The notes under the pieces: generated by a model
Databases searched by the model: none
Seen by the model: the letters and a program-made list of their open reading frames with translations, nothing else
What the model was told of the DNA's origin: nothing
DNA from: the human T2T-CHM13v2.0 reference genome, Homo sapiens
Assembly: GCF_009914755.1 (NCBI RefSeq)
Contig: NC_060927.1
DNA: 64,000 bases
Reading direction: 5' to 3' (one strand)
Translations under genes and position numbers: made by a program
Part shown: positions 14,697 through 26,966 of the stretch, one piece after another
How the letters are laid out: every line of letters begins with the position of its first letter
Numbering within the stretch: the first letter of the stretch is position 1

Positions 14697-15048
14697 TGTA
14701 TGAGTCCATTTGCACACTGCTGATAAATACATACCCAAGATTGGGAAGAAAAAGAGGTTTAATGGACTCACAGTTCCATGTGGCTGGAGAGGCCTCACAA
14801 TCATGGCAGAAGGCAAGGAGGAGCAAGTCACATCTTACATGGTGGCAGAGAAGAGAGAGCTTATGCAGGGAAACTCCCCTTTTCAAAACCATCAGTTCTC
14901 TTGAGACTTATTCACTATCATGAGAATAGCACAGGAAAGACAAGCCCCCTGATTCAATTACCTCCCTCTGGGTCTCTCCCACATGTGGGAATTGTGGGAG
15001 ATACAATTCAAGAGGAGGTTTGGGTGGGGGTACAGCCAAACCATATCC
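14697..15048 (-). mobile_element. THE1 MaLR solo LTR inserted in a MIR
   Basis: tgtatgagtccatttgcacactgctgataaa...cagccaaaccatatcc; 5-bp TSD CACAG at 14692-14696 and 15049-15053; MIR-like gatgaggaatctgagacccagaga immediately upstream. Confidence 0.92.
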
Positions 15049-15339
15049 CACAGGAATATGTTACAAGTGAAGATAGTCTATGGACACTGTAAAATTGACC
15101 CCATTAGCTATATCCCAAACTAGTTCATTATTTTAGAATCTATTTTGTGTGTTTGCATGCATACAGCAATGCTTCACATATCTGCACACCACTTATGTGG
15201 CATTCCAAATATGGTTAAGAACAAACAAAGTGAAAAAGACCTGCAAGCAGCCAAAATTGGTACTAAATAAACCACACATAATCCTCCAAGTCTTTTTAAA
15301 AGCCTCTTCTCTTGCTTCTCTATCTAGTGAGGCATAGGT

Positions 15340-16312
15340 GACTCAAAATCTTTATCTCCAAGCCCGGCCCTTCTGCTGCACTATAGTGTCGTGTCTCCAA
15401 AAGCCTAGTGGACCACTCACAGATACCCAGTCGGCACCTTCACTCAGTGTGTTCAAAATTAAACGTGTGCTTTCCCCTCCCAACCCTTCTCCTGCTTTGC
15501 TGCTCTGTTTATGACTCTACTAAGGTTCAAAATCATAGAGATGTGTTTGGTGTCTTCCTCTCCCTTGCTCCCCAAATATAATGGATTAATTCTCCCGCCA
15601 CATTTCATAAATCAGTTTGCCATCTCTGTTCATTCCCTCTGCCCCTGCCCTAGTTAGTGCCTTCATTGCCTTTCACCTGGACTATTGTAATAGTCTCCTG
15701 CCTGATCTTGTGTCCTCTGGTCTCTCCCTACTCCAATCCATTTTACTCACTGTTGCCAGATTAATCTTCCTGAGGCACAGCTCTGATTATGTTACTCTCC
15801 TACTAAAAACTTTCAATAGCTCCCCACTGTCTCCTGAATAAAGTCCAAATTCCTTGCCCTAATAATCAAGTCCTTTCACTTTCTGGTCCCAATATACTTT
15901 TACCGCTTTATTTCCCACTACTTATCTTCACACATTCCATGCTCAAGTTAAACTCAATTACTTCTTTGCAGAATCTTTACCCTTTGATTCTTCCATGCTT
16001 TTCTCATGATAGAGTAATGTTCTTTCCTTCTATCTCTGTATGCTCAAATCCTGCTTGTTTTTCAAAGCCCAAATCCAGTGTCATCTTTTCTGATGAAGCC
16101 CTCAGTTAGCCCTCCTCTGAGCTCCAAGAATACCTTATCTGTACTACTTTTATAGAGCATTTCACTTTTCACTATTAATTCTAGCAAAGTAGACACATGT
16201 CTCAGCTCCGTTGCTAGATTAAAACTTCTAGGGCAAGACATGTCTTATCTGTGTATCCTCTCCAGTGCCAAGTATACAAGTGCACGACTCACAATATTTG
16301 TCAAGTGAATGA
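15340..16312 (+). mobile_element. L2 LINE 3' portion
   Basis: cacctggactattgtaatagtctcct, ctccaatccatt, end caatatttgtcaagtgaatga. Confidence 0.8.
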
Positions 16313-16709
16313 GTTCATGTATGTACTTTACACACAATCAAAACATGTTTTTTTGTTTTATTGTCTAAAGAAGATTAGAAATAATGCATCAGAGAAGGAA
16401 TGAGGATCTTAGAGACTTGCACAACAGAAAGTAACTTAATAGCTAAAGAAGAAAAATAAAAACTACGAAAAGAAGGCATGAGAACTAAAGATATAGCAGT
16501 CAGAGGGTAAAGAAACACAGAAGCAAATAATCTTATAGAATAAGGACCAAATGGTTAATTGAGAAGTTTGGAAACCATAAAATAACATTCAAATATGTAG
16601 CATTATTTTTATACTTCCACACCCTCATCAATAGAAACAAATTTGAATTGTAGTTCAAGATAACAACCCTGAATCATTTAGAAAAGTTTGAATTATGGTA
16701 AGTATATTC

Positions 16710-16743
16710 TTTTTTTTGAGATGGAGTCTTACTCTGTGAGGCT
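16710..16743 (-). mobile_element. Severely truncated Alu 3' remnant
   Basis: T8-gagatggagtcttactctgt-gaggct, then non-Alu sequence. Confidence 0.65.
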
Positions 16744-17220
16744 AGGTAAATAAGCTGTCTTTATTAATGAAGAAATTCATATTTTTCTGAATATTAGAGA
16801 AATATTAATTTTTCCCAATTAAGATATGTTCATGATATACAATTTAGAAAATATAGGAGAGTAATAAAAAATCTTAAAAATCCTAAAAAAGGTGGGATTA
16901 TACCATATGTATTACTATGTATGCTGCCTTTTAACTTAATATATAGTATAAATAGTTCATACTATTATAGGTTCTTCATAAACATTTACTGGCTCAAAAT
17001 TCTATCTAATAGATATGTCGTACTATACTTAACACAGCACTCTAGAGTTGAACATCTAGCTTATTTCCAGTTTTATAATACAAATATGTCTAACAAGATT
17101 TACCATGGGCTGACAACTGTTGAAGCAGAGTGAGGAACTCATGAGAGTTCACTATGATATTCTTCCTACTTTTGTATATGTTTGAAATATCTAGAACAAA
17201 AAGGTAAAAAAGCATATTTA

Positions 17221-17617
17221 TGTCTTAATTCATTTGTGTTGCTGTAACAGAATATTATAAACTGGCTAATTTAAAAAGAAAAAATATATTTCTCACAGTT
17301 CTGGAGGTTGGGATGTCTAGTATGAAGGTACTGGCATCTGGTGAGGGCCTTCTTGCTAGATCATCCCATGGTGGAAGGCAGAGGGCAAGAGAGCACAAAA
17401 GCCAGAGAGCAAGAAGGAGCCAAACTCACTTCTATAATGAACCCACTCTCATGATAACTAATGCACACACTCCTGCAGTGGTGGCATTCATTCATTCATG
17501 AAGGCAGAGCCCTCATGACTGAATCACCTCTTATTAGGCCCCACCTTCCAACACTGTTGCATCAGAGATTAAGTGTCCAACACAAGAACTTTTGGAGACA
17601 CAGTCAAGCCACAGCCA
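17221..17617 (-). mobile_element. MST-family MaLR LTR
   Basis: tgtcttaattcatttgtgttgctgtaacagaata...tctcacagttctggagg...ggcatctggtgagggcct...gccctcatgactgaatcacctc. Confidence 0.85.
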
Positions 17618-17684
17618 TATGATAAATATCTTGTGCATAATGGCTTTTGTTTACTTGTAATTATTTTCTTAGGTTGCAGTTTAG

Positions 17685-17895
17685 GGCTAGACTGCCTGGA
17701 TCAAAGTCTTACCCCATCATTACCTAGTTATCTAACCTTGGGCAAGCTGCTGATGCTTTCTCAGCTTCAGTTTTCTCATTTGAAAAATGGGTATAATGGT
17801 AACTTATAGGGGCTGTTCTAAGGATCATAAGAGAAGATGTGCTTCTAATCCCTTCCACAGTACCTAGAACACTGTTAGTGTGCAATAAATGTCAC
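17685..17895 (+). mobile_element. MIR SINE
   Basis: ctagactgcctggatcaaa...accttgggcaag...ttcagttttctcatttgaaaaatggg...caataaatgt. Confidence 0.75.
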
Positions 17896-18276
17896 CTTTG
17901 AAAAAGCAAAATACTGGTTGCATAATTATGCGTTGTGCTTATAAAGAAACATCACATATAAACTGAAAAACATACCTGAAATAACATGCTTAAGTGTGCA
18001 CCATTTCTATCTCCAGGCTAAATGCTTATTTCAAAGATACGACCACTGCTAAAATAATTTAGATCCATAATTACCATTACGAAGCATTTTCTATGTGGTT
18101 GATATTGGCCTTACTGGGCTACATGTTTGATGTGTACTATCTCATTTAATCATCATAAGAGTTTTCTGATTACTTTATAGATAAAGAAACTGATGCTTAA
18201 AGGTGAATTAATGTGCCCAAAAGGACACAGGGTCTGTTTTCAAACACAGGATTGAACCTCTGGAATTCATCTCTAA

Positions 18277-19088
<812 letters not shown>

Positions 19089-22000
19089 TAATCTTTATTC
19101 CTCAGAGGCAGATATGAATTTTGGACAAAGTTTTGGTCCAATTTTGGATGTTTAACTGGACCTTTGGGTAAAGTACCTTTCTCCTTCCCATTCACTTTAA
19201 TCAGAATTATTTATTTAACAAATTTTATTCTAGCAAACAATTTTAGAGAAGAAAAAGTAGTACTCCATAACAAGCTGCTCTTAAAAATGCATATCTCATT
19301 CTGGAAAAACTAATAGCTATCATGGTTTTAAACAATAATTTTCCATTGGTTTGATTATCTTATGTCCACTGTGAAACAACAGTTCATTATTAAACAATTC
19401 ATTATCAAACACACAAACACATATACACATTTAATAACTTTAAAACAGTCCATATTTACATATTTTACTTTAAATATGTAATCTGAAATGTGTATGCATA
19501 TGTGTATGTGTGAGAGTAAGACATAGACCCCGGAAGTCTGAATTTGGAAAAACCCTGTGAAAGTCTGAAAAAGGTGGTTTTCTACAAACCTTATGAAAAA
19601 TTAAGTCATAGAAGGTCACAATTTTAAAAAATAGATACCAAATTAAGTATTTTATTCTGGGTTTAGGGAGGCTTCTCCTGTGCAACATACTTTAGACCAA
19701 GGCAGTCAAGAAATACTAAAGGGGATGCTGCAATTCCTCTGCCTCAGACAGTACATTTATGCATCTGTATTATAAAAAATGTGCCAGCTCTAGCAAGCTC
19801 ACAGTACTGAGCAAAGTGCTATAGTTACAGCTGGCTCTGTTTACTCTTTTTTTTTCTGGTCTGTTCCTCTACTGGGGGGGGCCACAGTAGGGTGTTTTTT
19901 CAGGATGGGGGGAAGAAGGAAGGAGTTTTTGTGAGTTCTATTTTGGATTTTGGTGAATAAGAAAGCAGAGAATTTGCTAGCCTGTTACTCAGTTACACTG
20001 AAACATGATGCAAACTGACTCAATTTGGAGCACAGAAGGTGCTGAAAAATTTTTCTAAGGAGGTCTTGAAATATCTAAGTCTGCCTTCAAGGAAGGACTT
20101 ATAAAAAAAAATCACCATGTAAATAATAGAAGTATGTTGCTACTTCTCTTAAACCTGACCTCTTAAGTCACTACTCACACTAATATACTCTAAAAGTAGC
20201 CAGCATGATATTTCAAAAATTACTTTGTGTCCTTTATCCTCAGTAGAGTATTAAGAGGAAGATGCTTGAGTGTAGACACACATGTGGGTCTTCTTTACAA
20301 AGTCACGTCTACATATGTACACCGTTAGAAGTATGGGCTCTAAATGATTGAACAAGCTGTATTTCCATATTTGTATTGTCCAACCTATTTTCTTTTTTCT
20401 TATTTTCCTGAATATGTCTGAATATATGTGTTCAGTATAAACATACAATTGTGTGGACGTGTCTATGTGTGTTTCTAATTCTATACTATCTTGAAAATGG
20501 CTCAGCGTTCTAGAAATACAGCCACATAATTTGTTTTGTTTTGAAAAACTGCTCAGCAAATGCATACAGGTCATAATGGCAGGTAACAGACCATTTATTG
20601 AAGTGCTGAAACAAATAGAAAACAAAGTCCAGGACACCATCACAGAGCAGTACTTCCCTTGTGAGATACTCTCAGCTAAGTAAGAATTGAGTGAGACAAC
20701 AATAAAACAAATACCCATAGGCTTTTCAAACAGTAACAACCCGCTCAGGGTTAGCAGCATTTCTAGACCTTGATGGTACAATGATGTTCTCAACCTTTGC
20801 TTTCAGACACTGGATCACTGCTTAAGTAGCCTTTATCTTTTCCCCCTAATTTTTGTTGAAGATGCCCTTGAAATTAGATTATATTTGTTCCTAACAAAGC
20901 ATATGTATATTGTGGCATCACTCTTAAAACCAACAATTGGGCTTAGTTTTATGAAGAAAAAAAATCCACCAACCTTTCATGCTGAGATTTCTCATGCTAG
21001 TTCTCAGCACAGAAGTGATTTTTTTTTTTTAAGTTGCATAAAGCCTAGCAAGGTTTAAGTTTTCCCAGCAAGGAGAAAGTGTTTTTCAGCTGTTAAATTT
21101 TTCAGATGCCTTTTTTGAATTTGGATAAAACTCAAAAACATGTTTGTTTTAAAATGTAAACCTTTTCATGTACAGAGGTTTGCATATAGAGAAATGCTAT
21201 TACTATGTTTAAAGATACTTGCTTTTGAAATAAGGAGGTCACATGCATTTAAAAATAACAAACTGCATGTTGCTTTATGAATGTCCTATTAAGCCCTAAC
21301 GTAAATATGATGTTCTGGAGGAGCACTGATGCACACGTTTGCTGATAGGATCACTTACAACACTGCTAGTGGATGTATTTCCATGTGAGAGCAAAGGGTG
21401 GTCAGGTTTGAACTGAAGAACATCCATATAGTCAGCTAATATGCTTTTTAAAGACCTTTTACCTCAGTTGCAACACACTTCTTTGTCCTAAACCTGCTGG
21501 ATTACTCAACTTGTTGGCTGGACTAAAGCTGACACAATACATATTTCAAGCACAAAAATGATGAGGAACACATAGGGATGTCAGCAAAGAGGCAAAGAGG
21601 ATGGTAAGCCATCGGAAGGCTGGTCATTTTTTTTTTTTTAAACAGTTCAATGTCTTTACTGTTTTCTGTAATATTATCATTTTCCATTTTTCAAACAATG
21701 GAAAGAACAACAATTAGTTTCATTTTTAAAATTATTAGATCATAAAGGACAAGTTTAGGAATATTGTTTCTAGCATACTAATAGATGAAGTTAGTTGTAA
21801 ATCAATAGTCTTATTTCTCTGTTTTAAAAAAATAGCAAAATACAGTATTCTGAGGAAAGTTCTGACAGATTGGAGTGTTACAGGATAGTCTGAAATCTGT
21901 TTCATTATAGAAGTTTGGCCAATATAGAGATAATATATTTTAAATGGCTTAAGTATATATTTTTTGTGGATTGCACATTCTGTAAGACGGTTTGAGTGCC

Positions 22001-25000
22001 TTGAGATCCAAGTCTTTAGGTCAAGACTGAACTCTAGAAATGGCCCCATCGAATCTACAAAAGGATACATTAAAAAAAAAAAAAAAACCTCATTTCCTGT
22101 AAGCTGCTGATGCTACTCAACAGAGTTGAAACTCAGGTCACACGCATCCTACTACTCTAGTGCTGCCCCATTTACTAATCCAAACGAGGATAAACCCTGA
22201 GAGATCCGTTATGTTTCTACATAAGGAGTGTACAAGCTTCTCTTGAAAATCATTGCATTGGGAGAGACACAGAGAAATAACAGAGGTGAGAATCCCTCCC
22301 CGATTTGCTTGCTAAATCCGTATTCATTCCTGAAGATCCAGATCAAATACCACCTGACTGTTAGGCCTTCTCTGAGAAACTCTATTTTGCAGGCAAGTAT
22401 TGGAACGACTCTATGCGCATCTCCAGTCCCAATGCATCCTTTAAATAATCTGTTTCCTCTCTGTTTCTTGCTGCATTACAGACATCTGTGTTACACATCC
22501 ATCCTTCCCTAATAGTCAGTGGACTCTTTTAGGTGAAGGACTGTGTCTCTATGTCCCTATGCTGAAAGGACAATGGGAAGAGATGGTGCTATTGATGCCC
22601 AGAGGCCTGGGTCACCAGGGAAGCTGGAGTCACAGCAGGTTTGTTCAGAGGGAGTAAACCACAAAGGAAATGTGGCTGGTGATGATGATGATGCAAAGAA
22701 CGGTGGGGGAAATCTCTGGCCTATGCCTTCTACTGACCCTCTTGCCACTCACAAGTGTCTCACAAGCACCAAATCCAACTTGGAATCTAGCTGACATGGG
22801 TCAGCCACTGTTGTAGAGCAAGGGTAGGGTGAGGGTTGGGTCTGAGGGTAAACACATCCACAATGTGGGAGCAGGAAGATGTCTTTGCAGGGGGGTGTCT
22901 AGGACTATGGACTTAAGATAACCTCACAGGGTCACCATGCCCCAGCATGACCCAGAAGGGCCCAGAGCAAGGAAGACATGACAAAGGAGCCTGAAGACTT
23001 GAGGAGGCCTTGGAGCTGGGACAAGGAAGACACATCAGGGATCTACATGGACAGGAAACTAAAGATGAGGTGGGCTCTCAGACATCTCAGGGAATTTGAG
23101 CTCAGAAGACAACACTGAGAAGACCAGACACCATAGTGAGTAGACTGTATCTAACTGCTCTCCACCCTCACTTTCATATTGCATTTGGATGGCACTCCAA
23201 GGAAGGGGAGAGGAGACCACCTAGCAGAATGGAGGCCAAATCTGAGTTACCTCATAGATAAGGAAAGAAGGCCTGTGATTTTTAATGGGTCAGTCACTCT
23301 TAAATTTTAAGCAAACTGTAGATTTTCTGAATAGGAGAAGATATTATCTTAATCTACACAATTTTTTTGTTGTTTTTTTGGCAGGGTTTAAAATATTTTT
23401 ATTTATGACTTATAGTAGAAACTACATTTTATATTGTGACCCAGTAACTGTTTACACACATACATGGATGTATGTGTGTGTTCTGGAGGTAGAAAGTAAC
23501 CAATCTGCTCAAATTTTAAATATTAAGATTATTCATAATTCTTTAAGTAGTTTATTGTTTGGAAAGTTATAGACCAAGGTCTAGAAATTCAGCAGACCTC
23601 TAACCTCTAATCAAGGACTTTTAAAAATTAAGAACAGTACCTGATTTTCTGATTTAGTCTTTGAAATGCCAGTGCTATTCATTCTTTGCCTTATTCACTC
23701 ATAATTATTTATTCATTCTCCAAACATTTATTGAGAGCTTACTGTATGCTTTATACTATAGACCTGCAGCACAAATATAGGCCTATTACTTCACAGCTGC
23801 TTTAGGATTTATGGCAGTACTGGTCAGATAGTTCTTAAAAAGGAAAAGTTTTCAGAGTGCAACAACCTGTTCACAATAATTCCTATGTAGCAGTGAAGAG
23901 CCTTGACAGCATCTCTTTTACTTTCTCATTGTGGTTCTAGTTTAATAACATAAGTCTATTTTTACTTTTCATATTTAACTTTAATTAAACATGCTATGAG
24001 TGCAATCATGAGATTTTAATAAATTAGACTATTTGAAAATAATTTTCCCATAATGATGTCTTCCTCATATCTTTCATGATACACAAAAAGAATATTTGTA
24101 CAAATATTTTGTTGCTTCAAATATGCAGAAAACTGACCATTATTTACAGTGATTTTGAAAATAAATGAGTGAAAGCATGCGAACTTATAAGGAGAGTAAA
24201 TAAGCAGCACACCATTACCATCTGAGACAGCATGGCTGCTCCCCTCTTGGTGAGGGCAGTATAGGTACAGCAAGCAGAAGACAGATCATAAGTATTTACT
24301 ATCAGACCTTCTTTAAGTGAATATGTCCTATTCCAGTAGAAAGTATCATATAAGCATACGGCCTGAATCCAATTCAATTATTTACATGGCTCTACCAGTA
24401 AATGGTTAACACTGTAGACCAGAAATTTAGAAAATGCAGAAGACTGAACGATATGTAAGTGACTGAGAACATGAGTCTCTCTCCTCATCATGTAGGACAT
24501 GGGTCGAGGTCATAGACTTAATTGGTAGGAGTTGCTACTTTCGAAGAGTGAAATGCTTTGAGGCTTTTAAGAGAATTTTAAGTTGATTAACTTTTTATTT
24601 GGGGGAATTATGATGTGAGCTTTATTAAAATATCACAATTCGGCATTGTTTCATAAACATAATTATAGGCCACCTTTTCAAAAATTGCAAGAGTAGTACT
24701 AAGAAGGTCCTTTGAACTAAGGTTCAAAGGACCTTCTTAGTAACTCTTGTAATTTTTATGGGTACAGTTAGTTGTCTGCATAAAGTCATTCCATTTTCCA
24801 AAGCTGCTTACTCTTTGCACAAATGACAAATTGGCACATGCACAATGGCACAGGAAAAGAAGTAACTGCTAAGGTCACATATGTGAGGACGTTGCAGCCT
24901 TTAAGTACTGGAGGCCAAAGTTACCAGAAACATGGGCAGACAGATTAAAATTTTCCCTTCTTATGTTTGTGCATTGTTTCTATATGGAAAATTACATTTT

Positions 25001-25603
25001 TCTGAGAGTATATGTGTAAATATGCATCTGCTAGTGTTTTGGCAACTCTAAGTTACCTAAATTAGTTTTGATCAACACTGTCGGATTTTTAAACCCACCA
25101 ACGTAATAAAAGCAAGTTTAAAAAAACACAAACAAACCCTACAGTACATTGTGTGCTCTGCTGTTCCAAGCCTCAGCTTCAAGACAAAAGGAGAGCGAGA
25201 CTTTGTCATTCGCTAGCTGTTAATAATCAAGAGAAGATCTGCCAGACAAGCTCTTCGAGGGCTCTGTCTGTCTGGACCAGGTATATACTGCAATACACAA
25301 AGGGCTTTGCAGGGGGAGAAAAATGAGTGTTCATGGACAATGATGCAGCTTTCTTAATTAAGATTTTCATTACTGATACATACATTAAGTTCTGCAACTG
25401 CAAGAGCCAAAGCACTGTCATGTGCAGGTAGATGTCCCTGATTCCATCTTCAGGCAGTAAAGCTAAAACATATTAAATGTGCACCCAGCAAATGTTGTGG
25501 GAGCCAGGAGAGCTCCAGAAATATTTTTGTTGGAATGCAGAGAGGCCCCATTATAGGCAGATTTGTAATGCATCTAATAGGCAGGAGAAAAGCTCATATC
25601 AAT

Positions 25604-25606
<3 letters not shown>

Positions 25607-25639
<33 letters not shown>

Positions 25640-25678
25640 CATGTGTGTGTGTGCGTGAGTGCACGCACGCACGTGTAT
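25607..25678. repeat. (GT)n microsatellite with GC/AT interruptions
   Basis: Alternating purine-pyrimidine run with one break, seen directly. Confidence 0.95.
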
Positions 25679-26390
25679 GGAAGTGCTTTGAGGCCCTGGA
25701 CCACAGACAAAGGTAACAGTAGCTGATCTAGAAGTAATCCCCATATAATAATATAATAGCTCAGGTCTTAAAAGGAACTTTGATCTTTTAAATTTGCCAA
25801 TGCCGATTGTTGAGACAGGAAATAAAGGATTGATTTGGTAGCTTTTGGAAGATGGTAAGGACTCCTGCATACAGCCAGTCCTGACTCTGCCCCTCCTGGG
25901 TCACTCAGTCTATTTTCCCTGGATCCGCATGCTGGCCTGAAAGTCAATGCAGTCTGCCAAAGTGGTATACTGTTCCCATGAAATAATCCAACTGTGGTAT
26001 GGAGAAATCTTTTTTTCTTAGACCAAGTTATTTTTACAAAAATACTTTTGCGAAGAAATGAGAGGAAACTAAAACCCTACACAATCCTAGAAGTGGATTA
26101 CTGTCTAGAGTGCATGTTTTTTATTCCATCTTATAAAGCCTAACTCATTTTAGGGTGGCTAGTGCAGTTAAGGTGCAGACATCTCTTGGTTGTTTTTCTG
26201 GTGCTTTTACTTGCATGCTTTCCTGTTTCCAAATCTGCATCCATATTGGGGGTTACCCACAGAGAGCTGTTGTCTCCTCTCTGAAGAACATCTCCATCTT
26301 TTGGTCACTACTTGAGTAGAGATGAGTGATGCTTAATGAAATATTATTTTATTACAACGGTCAAAAATTATGGATTCATTTCTTATTAGA

Positions 26391-26764
26391 TTATATGCTC
26401 TGAATGTTCACCACCCCCCAATTCACATGTTGAAACTTAATTGCCCATGTGATAGTATTAAGAGGTGGAGTCTTTAGGAAGTGATTAAATCATGAAGGCA
26501 GAGCCCTCATGAATGGATTTGTGCCCTTATATAAAAGGTGTGAAGGAGCTGTCTCTCTCCCTTTTCCTCTTCCACCCTTTGCCATATGAAGATACAGCAA
26601 GAGGTGCGATCTTGGAAGCAGAGAGGACTTCACCAGATACCAAATTTGCAGGTGCCTCAATCTTGAATTTCCTAGTCTCTGTAACTATGAAAAATAAGTT
26701 TCTGTTGTTTATAAATTACCCAGTCTCAGGTATTTTGTTATAGCAGCAAAAATGGACTAACACA
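26391..26764 (+). mobile_element. MSTD/MLT1A-like MaLR LTR
   Basis: ctgaatgtt...attcacatgttgaaacttaa...ataaattacccagtctcaggtattttgttatagcagcaaaaatggactaacaca. Confidence 0.87.
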
Positions 26765-26933
26765 TTAGGTACAAGCATTTATTTGACATTTAAATGTAAT
26801 CCCTCATTTTCTAAGAAGGAATAAGCCAGAATCCAACATCAAAATGTTTCAAAAGGAATACTTCAAAGTGTTTTAGCTGTAGTTCTTTGTCGATTAAATA
26901 AAAAAAAATTCCAAATAATGGTGGTCAGTAAGA

Positions 26934-26966
26934 GTGTGTGTGTGTGTGTGTGTGGGGGGGGGGGGG
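26934..26966. repeat. (GT)10 followed by G13
   Basis: Seen directly. Confidence 0.95.

Noticed and set aside
14631-15092. Overlapping ORFs on both strands
   Set aside because: They lie within the THE1 LTR. ORFs at 1245, 17313 and 26513 likewise fall in MaLR LTRs.
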